Of a DNA stretch of 64,000 bases, positions 1 to 10,560 are shown in pieces; within the stretch, counting starts at the first letter, position 1; every line of letters starts with the position of its first letter. The DNA is from Anthoceros angustus (lineage: Eukaryota; Plantae; Anthocerotophyta). The notes beneath the pieces are model-generated. The model had not been told where the DNA came from and made no database searches. It worked only from the letters and a program-made list of their open reading frames with translations. The stretch covers positions 806,001-870,000 of the forward strand of contig MU008169.1 of NCBI GenBank assembly GCA_010909165.1, in the 5' to 3' direction. The translations under genes were made by a program, and so were the position numbers.

Positions 1-109
1 CTGCGGTCAAGGGATAAAAAGGAACACGGTGACATTATCACCAAGCGCCGTTGCCCATCTTAAGGATGGTCTTCGAACTTAGGCCTTATGTGACATCACA
101 GGAGTTTTT

Positions 110-508
110 ATGGTGGGAAGCTTTACGGTTGGACCAAGAGGAGATTCTTTGTTATTGTGCAAAACAACATTGGCCTTGTGCTCTAATCCTTGGAAATGGT
201 ACTCAAGATCGGAAGTGGATGCAACTTTCCTCTCCATGTTCCGAGATGTGGCGTCTTTGGAGGAGGCATTGCTAAGGGACCTCCCACAACGAGATATGTA
301 TTTGGGAGCATACCAAACACGGGAGGCAACAACAGAAATGGAGCAGTGGAATGGTGATATCGCGGAAATAAAGAGGATGTTTGTTGCGTTCCCATGGACA
401 CGCACGCATATGAGACCCTTTTGGATTGGCAAGGTAATCACTGCTCAATTGCATTCGCCATGCCTCACTTCCTTGTTCATTAGTGCAGGCGAACACAGAT
501 GCGTCTGA
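110..508 (+). other. Unidentified coding-like relic, possibly transposon-derived
   Basis: 132-aa ORF with protein-like composition (FVAFPW...RPFWIGKVI); no family recognised with confidence. Confidence 0.2.
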
Positions 509-1670
509 AGGAAGGTACGTGAAGAATACTTAATCGGAGGATGCCACGACTGCGAGCAATGCAGGAAAAGGAGCGAAATCCATCCATCAAAAATATCCAA
601 AAGGTTTTTGTTCACGAAACTGTCATCCTCTATTATGGGTTCACATTGACTACGCGGAGACACTTGTACTGTAGATAAGAAGGCAATCAAAGAGAAGTTC
701 ATTGCGTTGCGAGGCTTCATTCAACCAGTGAAAGTCCCACCGAGGATAGTGAAGATGATGGTCATGATGCCGGACCCAGCGAAGATGATGGAGTGGCGTC
801 TGGAGAAGAGTAGAAAGCCCTCTGAATGTTGTGTCATCTTGCATGGGATCTTGGGGAGGCTATGCGTGCCCCAGCGTGTTGCTCCAGCACATATGTCTCA
901 AAAGAGTGTAGGCCCATGATAGAATATTGGTTGTGCCGTTTCTCTGTATACCTCTGTAGACTTCACATGCTATAGAATTTTCGATGTGCAAGCCATTTCC
1001 CTGTACAAGCGGAGGACATGGAGGAAGTATGGCCGTAGTTAATGGCTTGGCATTCCGGCATATTGGCAGGCAACACATGTGTAGCCCGGCATGTTGTGTG
1101 TGTGATGGCGGCGGAACGATCGGCGCTTTTCCGTATGCCGATTGTAGTCTTTGGGTTTTAACAATGTGATTATATTCTTGGGCTCAATTTATGGTGTGCG
1201 GAAGCCACCCACTCACCCCACACATATAGTCTTTGTGTACACACGAGCAAAGGCCACACTACTACCCGCCTTTCCCAATAGGTCGAACGCGGAAATAGGC
1301 GCCGGCCGGCGCCCTACTCCTCAAACATCCTTGGTCCACAGCCGCCATGGTTCGCTCATCCACTCGATCACCGTCCTTTTATGAATGTTAAGGGTGTTTT
1401 GGCTAGGAAGACCAGCGGTGGCGGTGAATGGTCCTTCACATGGGTCTTATATGCACCCAAAATAGGGTTACCTCTTGCACCTTAACCCCTTGGCAAGAAA
1501 TGAACCTCATGTCAATGCTTCACACGAAAGTTCACCCTTCTTTTACGCCCTATATTCATTCATACCTCTATAACCACGAGTTGCGGACCCATGTCAAACC
1601 CCCTTCAGGGGATATTTCCCGTGAAACCCCCTTCGTGAATATTAACCCCCTTCACAAGATATCGTGTTAT

Positions 1671-1831
1671 CAGTCTGGATGAGATTGGGCTCAGCTCTCC
1701 GTTCAGATGTTTGAGGATGCGAGAAGAAGTCCGGATGCGATTAGCAGAGGTGGGCAAGCACGCGAATCTGCCCGATCTTATCCAGACGTATTCTCGCATC
1801 CTCCAACGTTTTAGCGAAGAGCTGGGCCCGC
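1671..1831. repeat. ~160-bp dispersed repeat, inverted copy at ~9461-9619
   Basis: GATTGGGCTCAGCTC...GCGAAGAGCTGGGCCCG is the diverged reverse complement of CGGGCCCAGCTCTTCGC...GAGCTGAGCCCAATC. Confidence 0.85.
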
Positions 1832-1984
1832 GGATTCCGAAGGACGGGTGCTCTGGATCCGGGGAGCAGTGGGCGGGTTCCTTGTTGCATCATTTTCTTC
1901 TCTATCATGAGAAGGAAATGATGCAGCAAGTTTGTGGGCACGACGAGCCTTTCATCTCCTCTGGCTTTGAGCTTCTGTCAAGCA

Positions 1985-2190
1985 TGTTTGTGGAGCTGCT
2001 TCACTCTGTGTGAAGGCAGATTGTGGCCATTTTTGCAGGCCACGTGAAGACAACAACGCGAAGATGAGCATGATGATACCCTGGAGGAAGATAAGCATAA
2101 CGATCCTAAGCCCTTGGAGGTCACAATCTAAAGCTTGAAGAAAGGCTCATAGAGGCTATCTTGCTCACTACCTATCCGGACAAGAAGGCA
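1985..2190 (+). pseudogene. Old CLSY/DRD1-like fragment (intron end plus start of helicase exon, internally deleted)
   Basis: Similar to 58330-58490, then jumps to CTCACTACCTATCCG..AAGAAGG (LTTYP-KK). Confidence 0.7.
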
Positions 2191-2289
2191 TCAGGATAAC
2201 AGGAACCAAGAGATAAGTGACTGTGTAGAGTCAGTCCAAATGTTTGGTGTCTCCTTACAGCATTGGAGTAACGGCATCCCATCTAAGTA

Positions 2290-2875
2290 GTTGGTGTGGG
2301 GATGAGTTCTTTCAGTCCAATGCTGTGACGAAACATCTCGACAAACTCTTAATCGTACAAAAGTCACGTCAACTTTAGCCTCGTCGTGATCTCAATGCCA
2401 CAATACGAGAAGGTAATGCTACCAAGTGCTCTGATGTTTTGGTTAATTCAATGACAAAGAAAGACCCTTCGAGGGTTCTTCTGGACTCTATCAGGGCTTG
2501 TGAAGAAGGCTTGTGAAGAAGGTGTAGCTACACCTTACTCCAGCGTCCACGATGTTACTGCTGGATTCAAATTTCAACCCTAGCGTCGATTACTTGTTAC
2601 ATGCGGTGAGCCAGGCTTTCTGTGTCGGACAAGAGAAGGTTTTCCAGCTCGGTTGTGTTTGCCCCAACAAGATTGCCGGTTGTGGCAAGTATAACAGAGT
2701 TGGGAAATCCTGTGAGCCTGACAAGGAATGGGTATCCATAAATCTCTTCGGGACTGAAGGTGTCCTAACAAGAGGGACCAGGAAATAAGGGACCCAAGTA
2801 GGTGTGCTGATGATTTCTTTCACCCGAAAGATCTAGACAGGCTTTATCTGGCACAAAATTCACGTCAACTTTAGC
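2290..2875 (+). pseudogene. Two degenerate CLSY/DRD1-like C-terminal fragments
   Basis: LLLDSNFNPSV..AVSQAFCVGQEK..DKEWVSINLFGTEG (ORF 2552-2788) and GDEFFQSNAV. Confidence 0.8.
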
Positions 2876-2939
2876 CTCGTGGTGATCTCAACGCTACAAT
2901 AAGAGAACGTAATGCACGCTGGGGTGAACTCGAAGATGC

Positions 2940-3275
2940 ACGCTAGGGTTTGAAAGCTTGGCCACCAGGGATGTGGTGGCATAGACAATGTTGATTGCTG
3001 GGTATGCCCAACAAGGGCTTGGGAATGATGCAATTGTTGTGACGTATGACCCAATGGAGCAGGAGGGCCTCATTTTGGCTGACCTTGTTACTTTTGCTTG
3101 CCTTCAGAAGGCCTTTGCAAGCATAGGCTATGTATACGGCTATGCATAGGAAGCCTGGAGGTAGGTTTATGCTTTGTCCAGGAGTCGAACCCGGATCCCT
3201 AAACAACCATGTGTTGTTCCACCAATCCTTCAACCAATGCCAGCCGCTCACTGCATACCAGATTTATTATCTGAA
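2940..3275 (-). pseudogene. PLS-class PPR relic
   Basis: Similar to the PPR relics at 9825-10560 and 39845-40650. Confidence 0.65.
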
Positions 3276-3315
3276 TAAAGTGATAATCTGAAATGGCCTT
3301 CTAAGAATTATTGTA

Positions 3316-3532
3316 TGTCCTGGCCGGGAATCCAAACTACGTCTGCATTGTGAAAGAATGTCGTATGCCCTGGCCGGGAATCGAAACCGCTTCTGCATTA
3401 TGGAAGAATGTCATATGCTCTGGTCGGGAATCGAAACCGCTTCTGCATTATGGAAGAATGTCATATGCCATGGTCGGGAATCGTAATCGCGTCTGTATAG
3501 TGAAAGAATATCATTCTACCACAACATTGACA
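3316..3532 (-). repeat. Four tandem 50-bp tRNA(Gly-like) 3'-half repeats
   Basis: Units start at 3316, 3366, 3416 and 3466. TGGCCGGGAATCGAA is the reverse complement of the tRNA T-arm/acceptor TTCGATTCCCGGCCA. The last unit extends into TTCTACCAC (D-arm GTGGTAGAA). Confidence 0.75.
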
Positions 3533-4139
3533 GGATTTTTGTTCAACAACATAGCTGTAGTGGCATGAAGTACAAATTAGCGGCAAATTTTGGAGTAATT
3601 ATGATATTGAAGGAAACTATATCGCCAAATTTTGAAATTACTACATGAAGGATGACAACCCTAAATGCTAAACCTTAAAACTTGATAAACAGCCCAAAGA
3701 ATCTTTAAAGTAACCTAAGCATATACTGGTTGATTTATGGGAAGAACTAATATCTCTATAGGCTTTAGATATTTATAATATTGGAGAGTAAGATAGAAAC
3801 TTTACAAATTTTTGTTTATTAGTTTTGGTGTCAAAATTATCTCAAGATTAAGACTCATGCAAATAAAACCTAAATTTTTTAACTCCAAAGTGATAAGATA
3901 GGTACAATAAAATAATTACATTATTTATTTTTACCTTCCTTTTATATGTTTCCTTTTTTCTTCTTTGATTTTCTTTCACTATCTTTTATCACTTTTTATT
4001 TCATATATTCTTTTGACCTTCTTCTCTTCTTTTGACTCTCATATATTTTTATATGTCTATTAACTCTTATCTTTGGGGGTGACACTTTCAAAATGACCTC
4101 TAGGGAGATAGGTCTTTGTCTAGTCCAATGATTCAACAC

Positions 4140-5432
4140 TCTCTCGAAGGTTCTCAAGGTCCTCTAGGTGGGATTTTTGTCGCATGGGAGTTGGGACAGC
4201 CGAAGAAACGCCTATTGTGAATCTTAAGGTAGAGATTCCTCCCCATTTCACACCTAAGATAAGGAAGATCAGGTTAAGGGATTTCAATTCCTTGTCTAGT
4301 ATGTGGATGGCAGAGGAGGATGTATTTTTCACCATTCTTTAGGAATAGGAAGAATGTTCTTGATGGTAACCTTTGTGAAACGCTTGCTCCCCGGCTATCC
4401 TGACAAAATTGTCGATAGTAGCTCCAAAAATGATGGTGGCACCTTCGAAGAATGAGTTCATGAGAGGGGAAGTGAGTGATATCTTAATATTCTTACTATA
4501 TAATAAGTTCGACGACACACACGATGGATGTGGAAAAAGGTTGTAGAGCAATTCTCAATCAATGGAAGGAAGAGAAAAGTGTTTTGATGGTTTGGTTAGA
4601 ACATTGTTAGTCAGATCATTCACGAGGAGGGAACATAACATGATGAGCTTTGCGATATCATACAAGGAACTTCTGATTTTGTAGTGTTGGATGAAGGACA
4701 TTTTGAACATAGTGAAAATAACAATTGTCCGCAGGCCTTGAAGAAGGTTAAGACAATAAACAGGGTGATACTGAGTAGCAATTTATTTGAATATCTTCAT
4801 GGAGTTGTACGGATGCTAAGTTTTATGAAAATGGCTCGGAGTTAGAGCAAAGCCGATGAAAGCGCATACAATGATAAACTGCTTTTAGAATGGTAAACCC
4901 ATAGGAAACTGTGAGGAAGAAACTTTGAAAGTCCAAGTCTGTTTCTATGAACAGGACTTATTTCAGAATACCTTCGTAGAGTTGTACCAGATGCTAAGTC
5001 TTGTGAAGCCAAACTTCCCGGAAAATGATCGAGAGAGCCGATAGAGCTGCACCACAAGCAGGGAAATGATAGGCGGTGCAATAGTGGTATGATAACACAG
5101 GAAATGGTAAACCCATAGGAAGTTGTGAGGAAGAAACTTTGGAAGTCCAAGTCTGCTTTTATGAAGAGGACTAGTGATCACCACATCAGAGATATGGGTT
5201 TACTATACAACCGAACTCTAACTTGTTTTGTAGACTCCCAAAACCCTGAACAATCGAAATCTAACTTGTTTTGTAGACTCCTGTGAGGGTGATGTGCTGA
5301 AGTCTCTTCGAGGACTATACAAGTTTTTTTTTCATATGAAGTGGACATGGTCAACAGTGTAGTGAAAGTGTGGCGGTAAAAGTTGCAAGTTTAAGCTTAC
5401 TTGGAGGACAACGTTAGTGAGCGTTCACCCGT
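4140..5432 (+). pseudogene. Old, AT-drifted CLSY/DRD1-like ATPase N-lobe fragment with internal duplications
   Basis: LKVEIPPHF, GRGGCIF, VVLDEGHF and LKKVKTINRVILS are readable; many stops and frameshifts. Confidence 0.85.
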
Positions 5433-5716
5433 TCCTCTCATTAACTAATTTAGCTAATATAAGTTAACTAAATAATATTATCTAATGCTAACTAATAATT
5501 AGCTAGCTAACTAGTTAATTAAATTATATTAGTTGACTAAATAACTAGTTACTAACATACTAATATATTATCTAGATCTTTAGAGTTTCACCTAACCTAA
5601 AACACTTCAATGGAAGCACCTCCGGTCCCTTGCCTACCTTAAACCAAGTTGCAAATGTTGCAAAGGGCTTAACGTCTTTAAACTCGTCGCATGAACCTCT
5701 AGTCCCCTATCTACCT

Positions 5717-8705
5717 TGAAACTCTTTGCGAAAAGCTCCAGCCGCCTAGCTACTCCATAGCTCTTCTCAAAAACTTCGAGCCGCCGCCTATCTAACTTAA
5801 AACACTTTGCTAGCCTATCTAGCTTAAAACACTTTGCTAAAAGCTTAGGCTGCTTATGTACTCTAGAAGTCTTTTTGAAAATCTTCGGGCTGCCTTCTTT
5901 CTGTTGAAACTCTCCTCAAAAACTCCGGTCCACCTCCTTCTTCTTGAAACTCTCCCCAAAACCTTCCGGCCGCCTCCTTACCCTAAAACTCTTCTTCAAA
6001 ACTTCCGGCCGCCTTCGAACCCTAAAATTGTGGTTGCCTTCGAACCCTAAAATAAAACTCAGCCGCCTTCTTACCCTATAAAACCCTTCGTGACGTTCAT
6101 GGGTTTCTCATATGCCAGTTCGTCACATGGAGTGTGTGTTCATATCAGGGAGTGCGTGTTGTAACATGTTGTAACGACTCTGTATTGTAGCTACTCTATG
6201 TTATAGCCTGTGAATTGTAACCACTCTGTATTGTAGCTACTGTATGTTATAGCTTGTGCGTCATAATCACTCTGTGTGGTAGCGACTATGTATTGTTGCA
6301 ACTCTTTGTTGTAGTTTTTGTAGCGGCCACTCTGCAAGGTAATGACTTTGTGTTGTGCCAACTCTTTGTTGTAGTTAGTATCATGTTGTGTGGTAGTGAC
6401 TTTCAGTTGTTTATTTGTTTCAGTGACTCAATTGCTGGTGTTATAACAAGTTCATAACACAACGTGTAGATGTTACGTGTGGATGACTCCGCCGTTCCTC
6501 TCCTGTCCCACACGGAAAGCCCGGCTCATTTCATGAGCCGGGCTTTCCGTCTGGGACAAGAGTAGAAAGACGATTGTCAGAGAAGGGAAGAAAAACGATT
6601 GTCCATCTCTGGTATTGGCCGCAACCAGATTATCATCTGGTTGCACATAATACAACACAGCCAGGAAATCATCTAAGGCTTGTCGGGGAATGGGTATCCA
6701 TAGATGTCTTGGGGACTGAAGCCATCGTTGGAAATAGAGGACCCTAGTGGCTGTGCTGATGATTTCTTTCATCCGAAACGTCTAGACAGGCTCTACAGGG
6801 CACAGAGGTGACCTCAACGGAAGCCTCGTGGTGATCTCAATGCTACAATCAGAGAAGGTAATGCTGCTAAGTGCTCTGGTGCTTTGGTTAAGTGAGGGTT
6901 CCAGTACAATGGGGAGCTCCTGAACCTCTGTTGCTTGCTGTTATAAGTCATGATGGATAGGGATGCTGCCATGGGAGATGTGGCGGCAAATTCCAGCCTG
7001 CACCTCAACCCAACTCCTGAACTGTGAAGGCTGAGCTTGGTACCAGCTGAGGAGGTCATAGGCACTGCACTGGGATTCAGACCAACTCTCTTACACTGGA
7101 AGCTTTCAATTATCTCAAGATTAAAACTCATACAAATTAGAACTAAATTTTTAACTCCAAAGTGATAAGATAGTTTTGTTTGTTGAAACTCCTCGAAAAA
7201 ATTCGATCCACCTTCTTATTCTTGAAACTCTTTGAAAGCTCCACCGCCTAGCTACTCCATAGCTCTTCTCAAAAACTTCGAGCCGCCGCCTATCTAACTT
7301 AAAACACTTTGCTAGCCTATCTAGCTTAAAACACTTTGCTAAAAGCTTAGGCTGCTTATGTACTCTAGAAGTCTTTTGAAAATCTTGCCTTCTTTCCTTG
7401 AAACTCTCCTCAAAAACTCAGTCCACCTCCTTCTTCTTGAAACTCTCCCCAAAACCTTACGCCTCCTTACCCTAAAACTCTTCTTCAAAACTTCCGGCCG
7501 CCTTCGAACCCTAAAATTGTGGTTGCCTTCGAACCCTAAAATAAAACTCAGCCGCCTTCTTACCCTATAAAACCCTTCGTGACGTTCATGGGTTTCTCAT
7601 ATGCCAGTTCGTCACATGGAGTGTGTGTTCATATCAGGGAGTGCGTGTTGTAACATGTTGTAACGACTCTGTATTGTAGCTACTCTATGTTATAGCCTGT
7701 GAATTGTAACCATTGTAGCTCTTGTGTTATAAACGTAATCATAATCACTCGTGGTAGCGACTATGTATTGTTGCAACTCTTTGTTGTAGTTTTTGTAGCG
7801 GCCACTCTGCAAGGTAATGACTTTGTGTTGTGCCAACTCTTTGTTGTAGTTAGTATCATGTTGTGTGGTAGTGACTTTCAGTTGTTTATTTGTTTCAGTG
7901 ACTCAATTGCTGGTGTTATAACAAGTTCATAACACAACGTGTAGATGTTACGTGTGGATGACTCCGCCGTTCCTCTCCTGTCCCACGGAGCCGGCTCATT
8001 TCATGAGCCGGGCTTTCCGTCTGGGACAAGAGTAGAAAGACGATTGTCAGAGAAGGGAAGAAAAACGATTGTCCATCTCTGGTATTGGCCGCAACCAGAT
8101 TATCATCTGGTTGCACATAATACAACACAGCCAGGAAATCATCTAAGGCTTGTCGGGGAATGGGTATCCATAGATGTCTTGGGGACTGAAGCCATCGTTG
8201 GAAATAGAGGACCCTAGTGGCTGTGCTGATGATTTCTTTCATCCGAAACGTCTAGACAGGCTCTACAGGGCACAGAGGTGACCTCAACGGAAGCCTCGTG
8301 GTGATCTCAATGCTACAATCAGAGAAGGTAATGCTGCTAAGTGCTCTGGTGCTTTGGTTAAGTGAGGGTTCCAGTACAATGGGGAGCTCCTGAACCTCTG
8401 TTGCTTGCTGTTATAAGTCATGATGGATAGGGATGCTGCCATGGGAGATGTGGCGGCAAATTCCAGCCTGCACCTCAACCCAACTCCTGAACTGTGAAGG
8501 CTGAGCTTGGTACCAGCTGAGGAGGTCATAGGCACTGCACTGGGATTCAGACCAACTCTCTTACACTGGAAGCTTTCAATTATCTCAAGATTAAAACTCA
8601 TACAAATTAGAACTAAATTTTTTAACTCCAAAGTGATAAGATAGTTTTTGTTTGTTGAAACTCTCCTCGAAAAATTCGATCCACCTTCTTATTCTTGAAA
8701 CTCTT
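5717..8705. repeat. ~1.5-kb tandem duplication (~5717-7230 and ~7222-8705); third partial copy at 10589-11172
   Basis: Near-identical sequence and near-identical ORF translations (6473/7916/10637; 6814/8284). Each unit carries a CLSY C-terminal relic. Confidence 0.9.
6533..6815 (+). pseudogene. CLSY/DRD1-like C-terminal relic (copies at ~8003-8285 and ~10594-10876)
   Basis: SRAFRLGQE, YHLVAHNTTQPGN, EWVSIDVLGTEAIV. Confidence 0.8.
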
Positions 8706-8967
8706 CCCAAAACCTTCCGGCTGCCTCCTTACCCTAAAACTCTTTTTCAAAAAACTCTCCCCAAAACCTTCCGGCTGCCTCCTTACCCTAAAACTCTTTT
8801 TCAAAAAACTCTCCCCAAAACCTTTCGGCTGCCTCCTTACCCTAAAACTCTTCTTCAAAAAACTCTCCCCAAAACCTTCCGGCTGCCTCCTTACCCTAAA
8901 ACTCTTCTTCAAAAAACTCTCCCCAAAACCTTCCGGCCGCCTCCTTACCCTAAAACTCTTCTTCAAA
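8698..8967. repeat. 54-bp minisatellite, 5 copies
   Basis: Unit AAACTCTCCCCAAAACCTTCCGGCTGCCTCCTTACCCTAAAACTCTTCTTCAAA; single copies near 5948 and 7440. Confidence 0.95.
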
Positions 8968-9065
8968 ACTTGGGGATTTCTGAGCTACGTCTCCCGGGGC
9001 GCAGCATGGCGGGCGATGGCGCCGCGTCAGCAGCACCTCGTCCTCCTCCAGTTGCATGTTTCCGA

Positions 9066-9220
9066 TGTTACTTGCCTTCTGAAGGTCTGTGCAAGGGTCG
9101 GTGCCTTACAGAAGGGCAGGCAGCTGCACTCACAGATTGTCGAAAGAGAATTTCTGGATGGCGTACTGGGGCACCTGCCTGGTGGATATGTATGGTGGTG
9201 AATTAGAAGATGCACGAGCT
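9066..9220 (+). pseudogene. Inverted PPR fragment (duplicate at ~11498-11655)
   Basis: CLLKVCARVGALQKGRQLHSQIVERE..LG.CLVDMYGGELEDAR, typical PLS-PPR motif text. Confidence 0.8.
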
Positions 9221-9824
9221 GGTACGAGCCCTGAGCCTTGCAGATACCAGCCGATTAGAACCCTACGCATGGGGCGATCCGTCAACATGTGGGGAACTTC
9301 CTCCTGCAGCATAGCCGTATGCCACAGCCGGCCATTCCCTGCACGGAGCAAAGCATCGGAAAAATGCAACTGGAGGAGGACCGGGCGGCCCCAGCGGCGG
9401 CCTGCTGTCGCGCAGCCCACGACGTTTCACTTATCACTTAGTCTAAATCATCGGAAAAATGCGGGCCCAGCTCTTCGCTAAACGTTTGAGAAAGCGAGAA
9501 TACGTCTGGATAAGATCGGGCGGATTCGCGTGGTTGCCCACCTCTGCCAATCCCATCCGGACTTATCCTCGCATCCTCAACGACTGAACGGAGCTGAGCC
9601 CAATCACATCCGGACTCAGCCCTTCGCTCCCTGCCTCATACGATCTCTTCGCCCTTCTCGTGTCTCTCTGTTCAAGCCTTGACATGATCTCCGTGAAACT
9701 GTGGCAGACACTGCACATGCTTAGACTTTAGGATACCACTCGAGATGTCGCACGCGGAGTGTTCAAGATTCAAACCCCAAAGCTAGCTCCTCAGCATGCC
9801 CACAAAAGAGCATCTTCTTTTTTC

Positions 9825-10560
9825 CTTCACCACATCCATTGCGCCCAAGCTTTCAAAACGATAGCGGGCAGCTTTCAGTGCACCACATTTTGCATACATG
9901 TCCACCAGGCAGGTGCGTAAGTCACCCAGCACCTCTGTTGGCCACCTATCAGTGCAGCTGCCCTCCCTTCTCTAAGGCACCAGTGCGTCGTCCACAGGCC
10001 TTCAGAAGGCAAGCAAAGGTAACTTCTGTCAGTCAAAGTGAGGCTCGCCTCCTCCATCTGCCCATACACCAACGATCGCCTCTTGCAGTGCACACCAGGC
10101 AGCAATCAGGGCATTCCATATCACCACATGCGTTTCGGACAAGCTGTCAAAACCTGGCGTGCATATTCCAGTTCACCACATTTTGCATACAGTCATGTCT
10201 TGGACAGCAGGCAGATGCCCAACACGACATTATCCAGCAGTCGCCTTTCCATAATCTGTGAGTACAGTTGCCTCCCATTCTGAATGACTCCGCTGCTTGT
10301 ACAGGCCTTGAGAAGAGAGGCGAAAGTAACATGTGTCAGCCAAGATGAGGCCCTCCTGCTCCATTTGTTCATACGAAACAAGTGCCTCATTTCGTAGCCC
10401 TTGTTGCCATTGTTGGGCATACCCAGCATTCACCACTAAGTTTTCAAAAACCTGTCTGGTATCTGCAAAGCTCAGGACCCTAACAAGAAGTAGGTTTTGT
10501 TTCATCAATCGTTTTCAACCCCTGGCAGCCGCTCACAGCAAACCAGATGCCAGATTTATT
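9825..10560 (-). pseudogene. PLS-class PPR pseudogene fragment (10005-10597 duplicated at 12427-13019)
   Basis: VTFASLLKAC..GRQLYSQIMERRLLDNVVLG; YAKCGELEYARQV; AGYAQQ..EALVSYEQMEQEG; frameshifted. Confidence 0.88.

Noticed and set aside
5980-6060. ACCCTAAA motifs as an interstitial telomere
   Set aside because: Isolated motifs inside longer units, not a (CCCTAAA)n array
3316-8967. 50-bp and 54-bp repeats as a CRISPR array
   Set aside because: Head-to-tail units with no unique spacers, no cas genes, and a eukaryotic context
8652-9206. 184-aa and 168-aa repetitive ORFs as genes
   Set aside because: They are read-through of a stop-free minisatellite into a PPR relic
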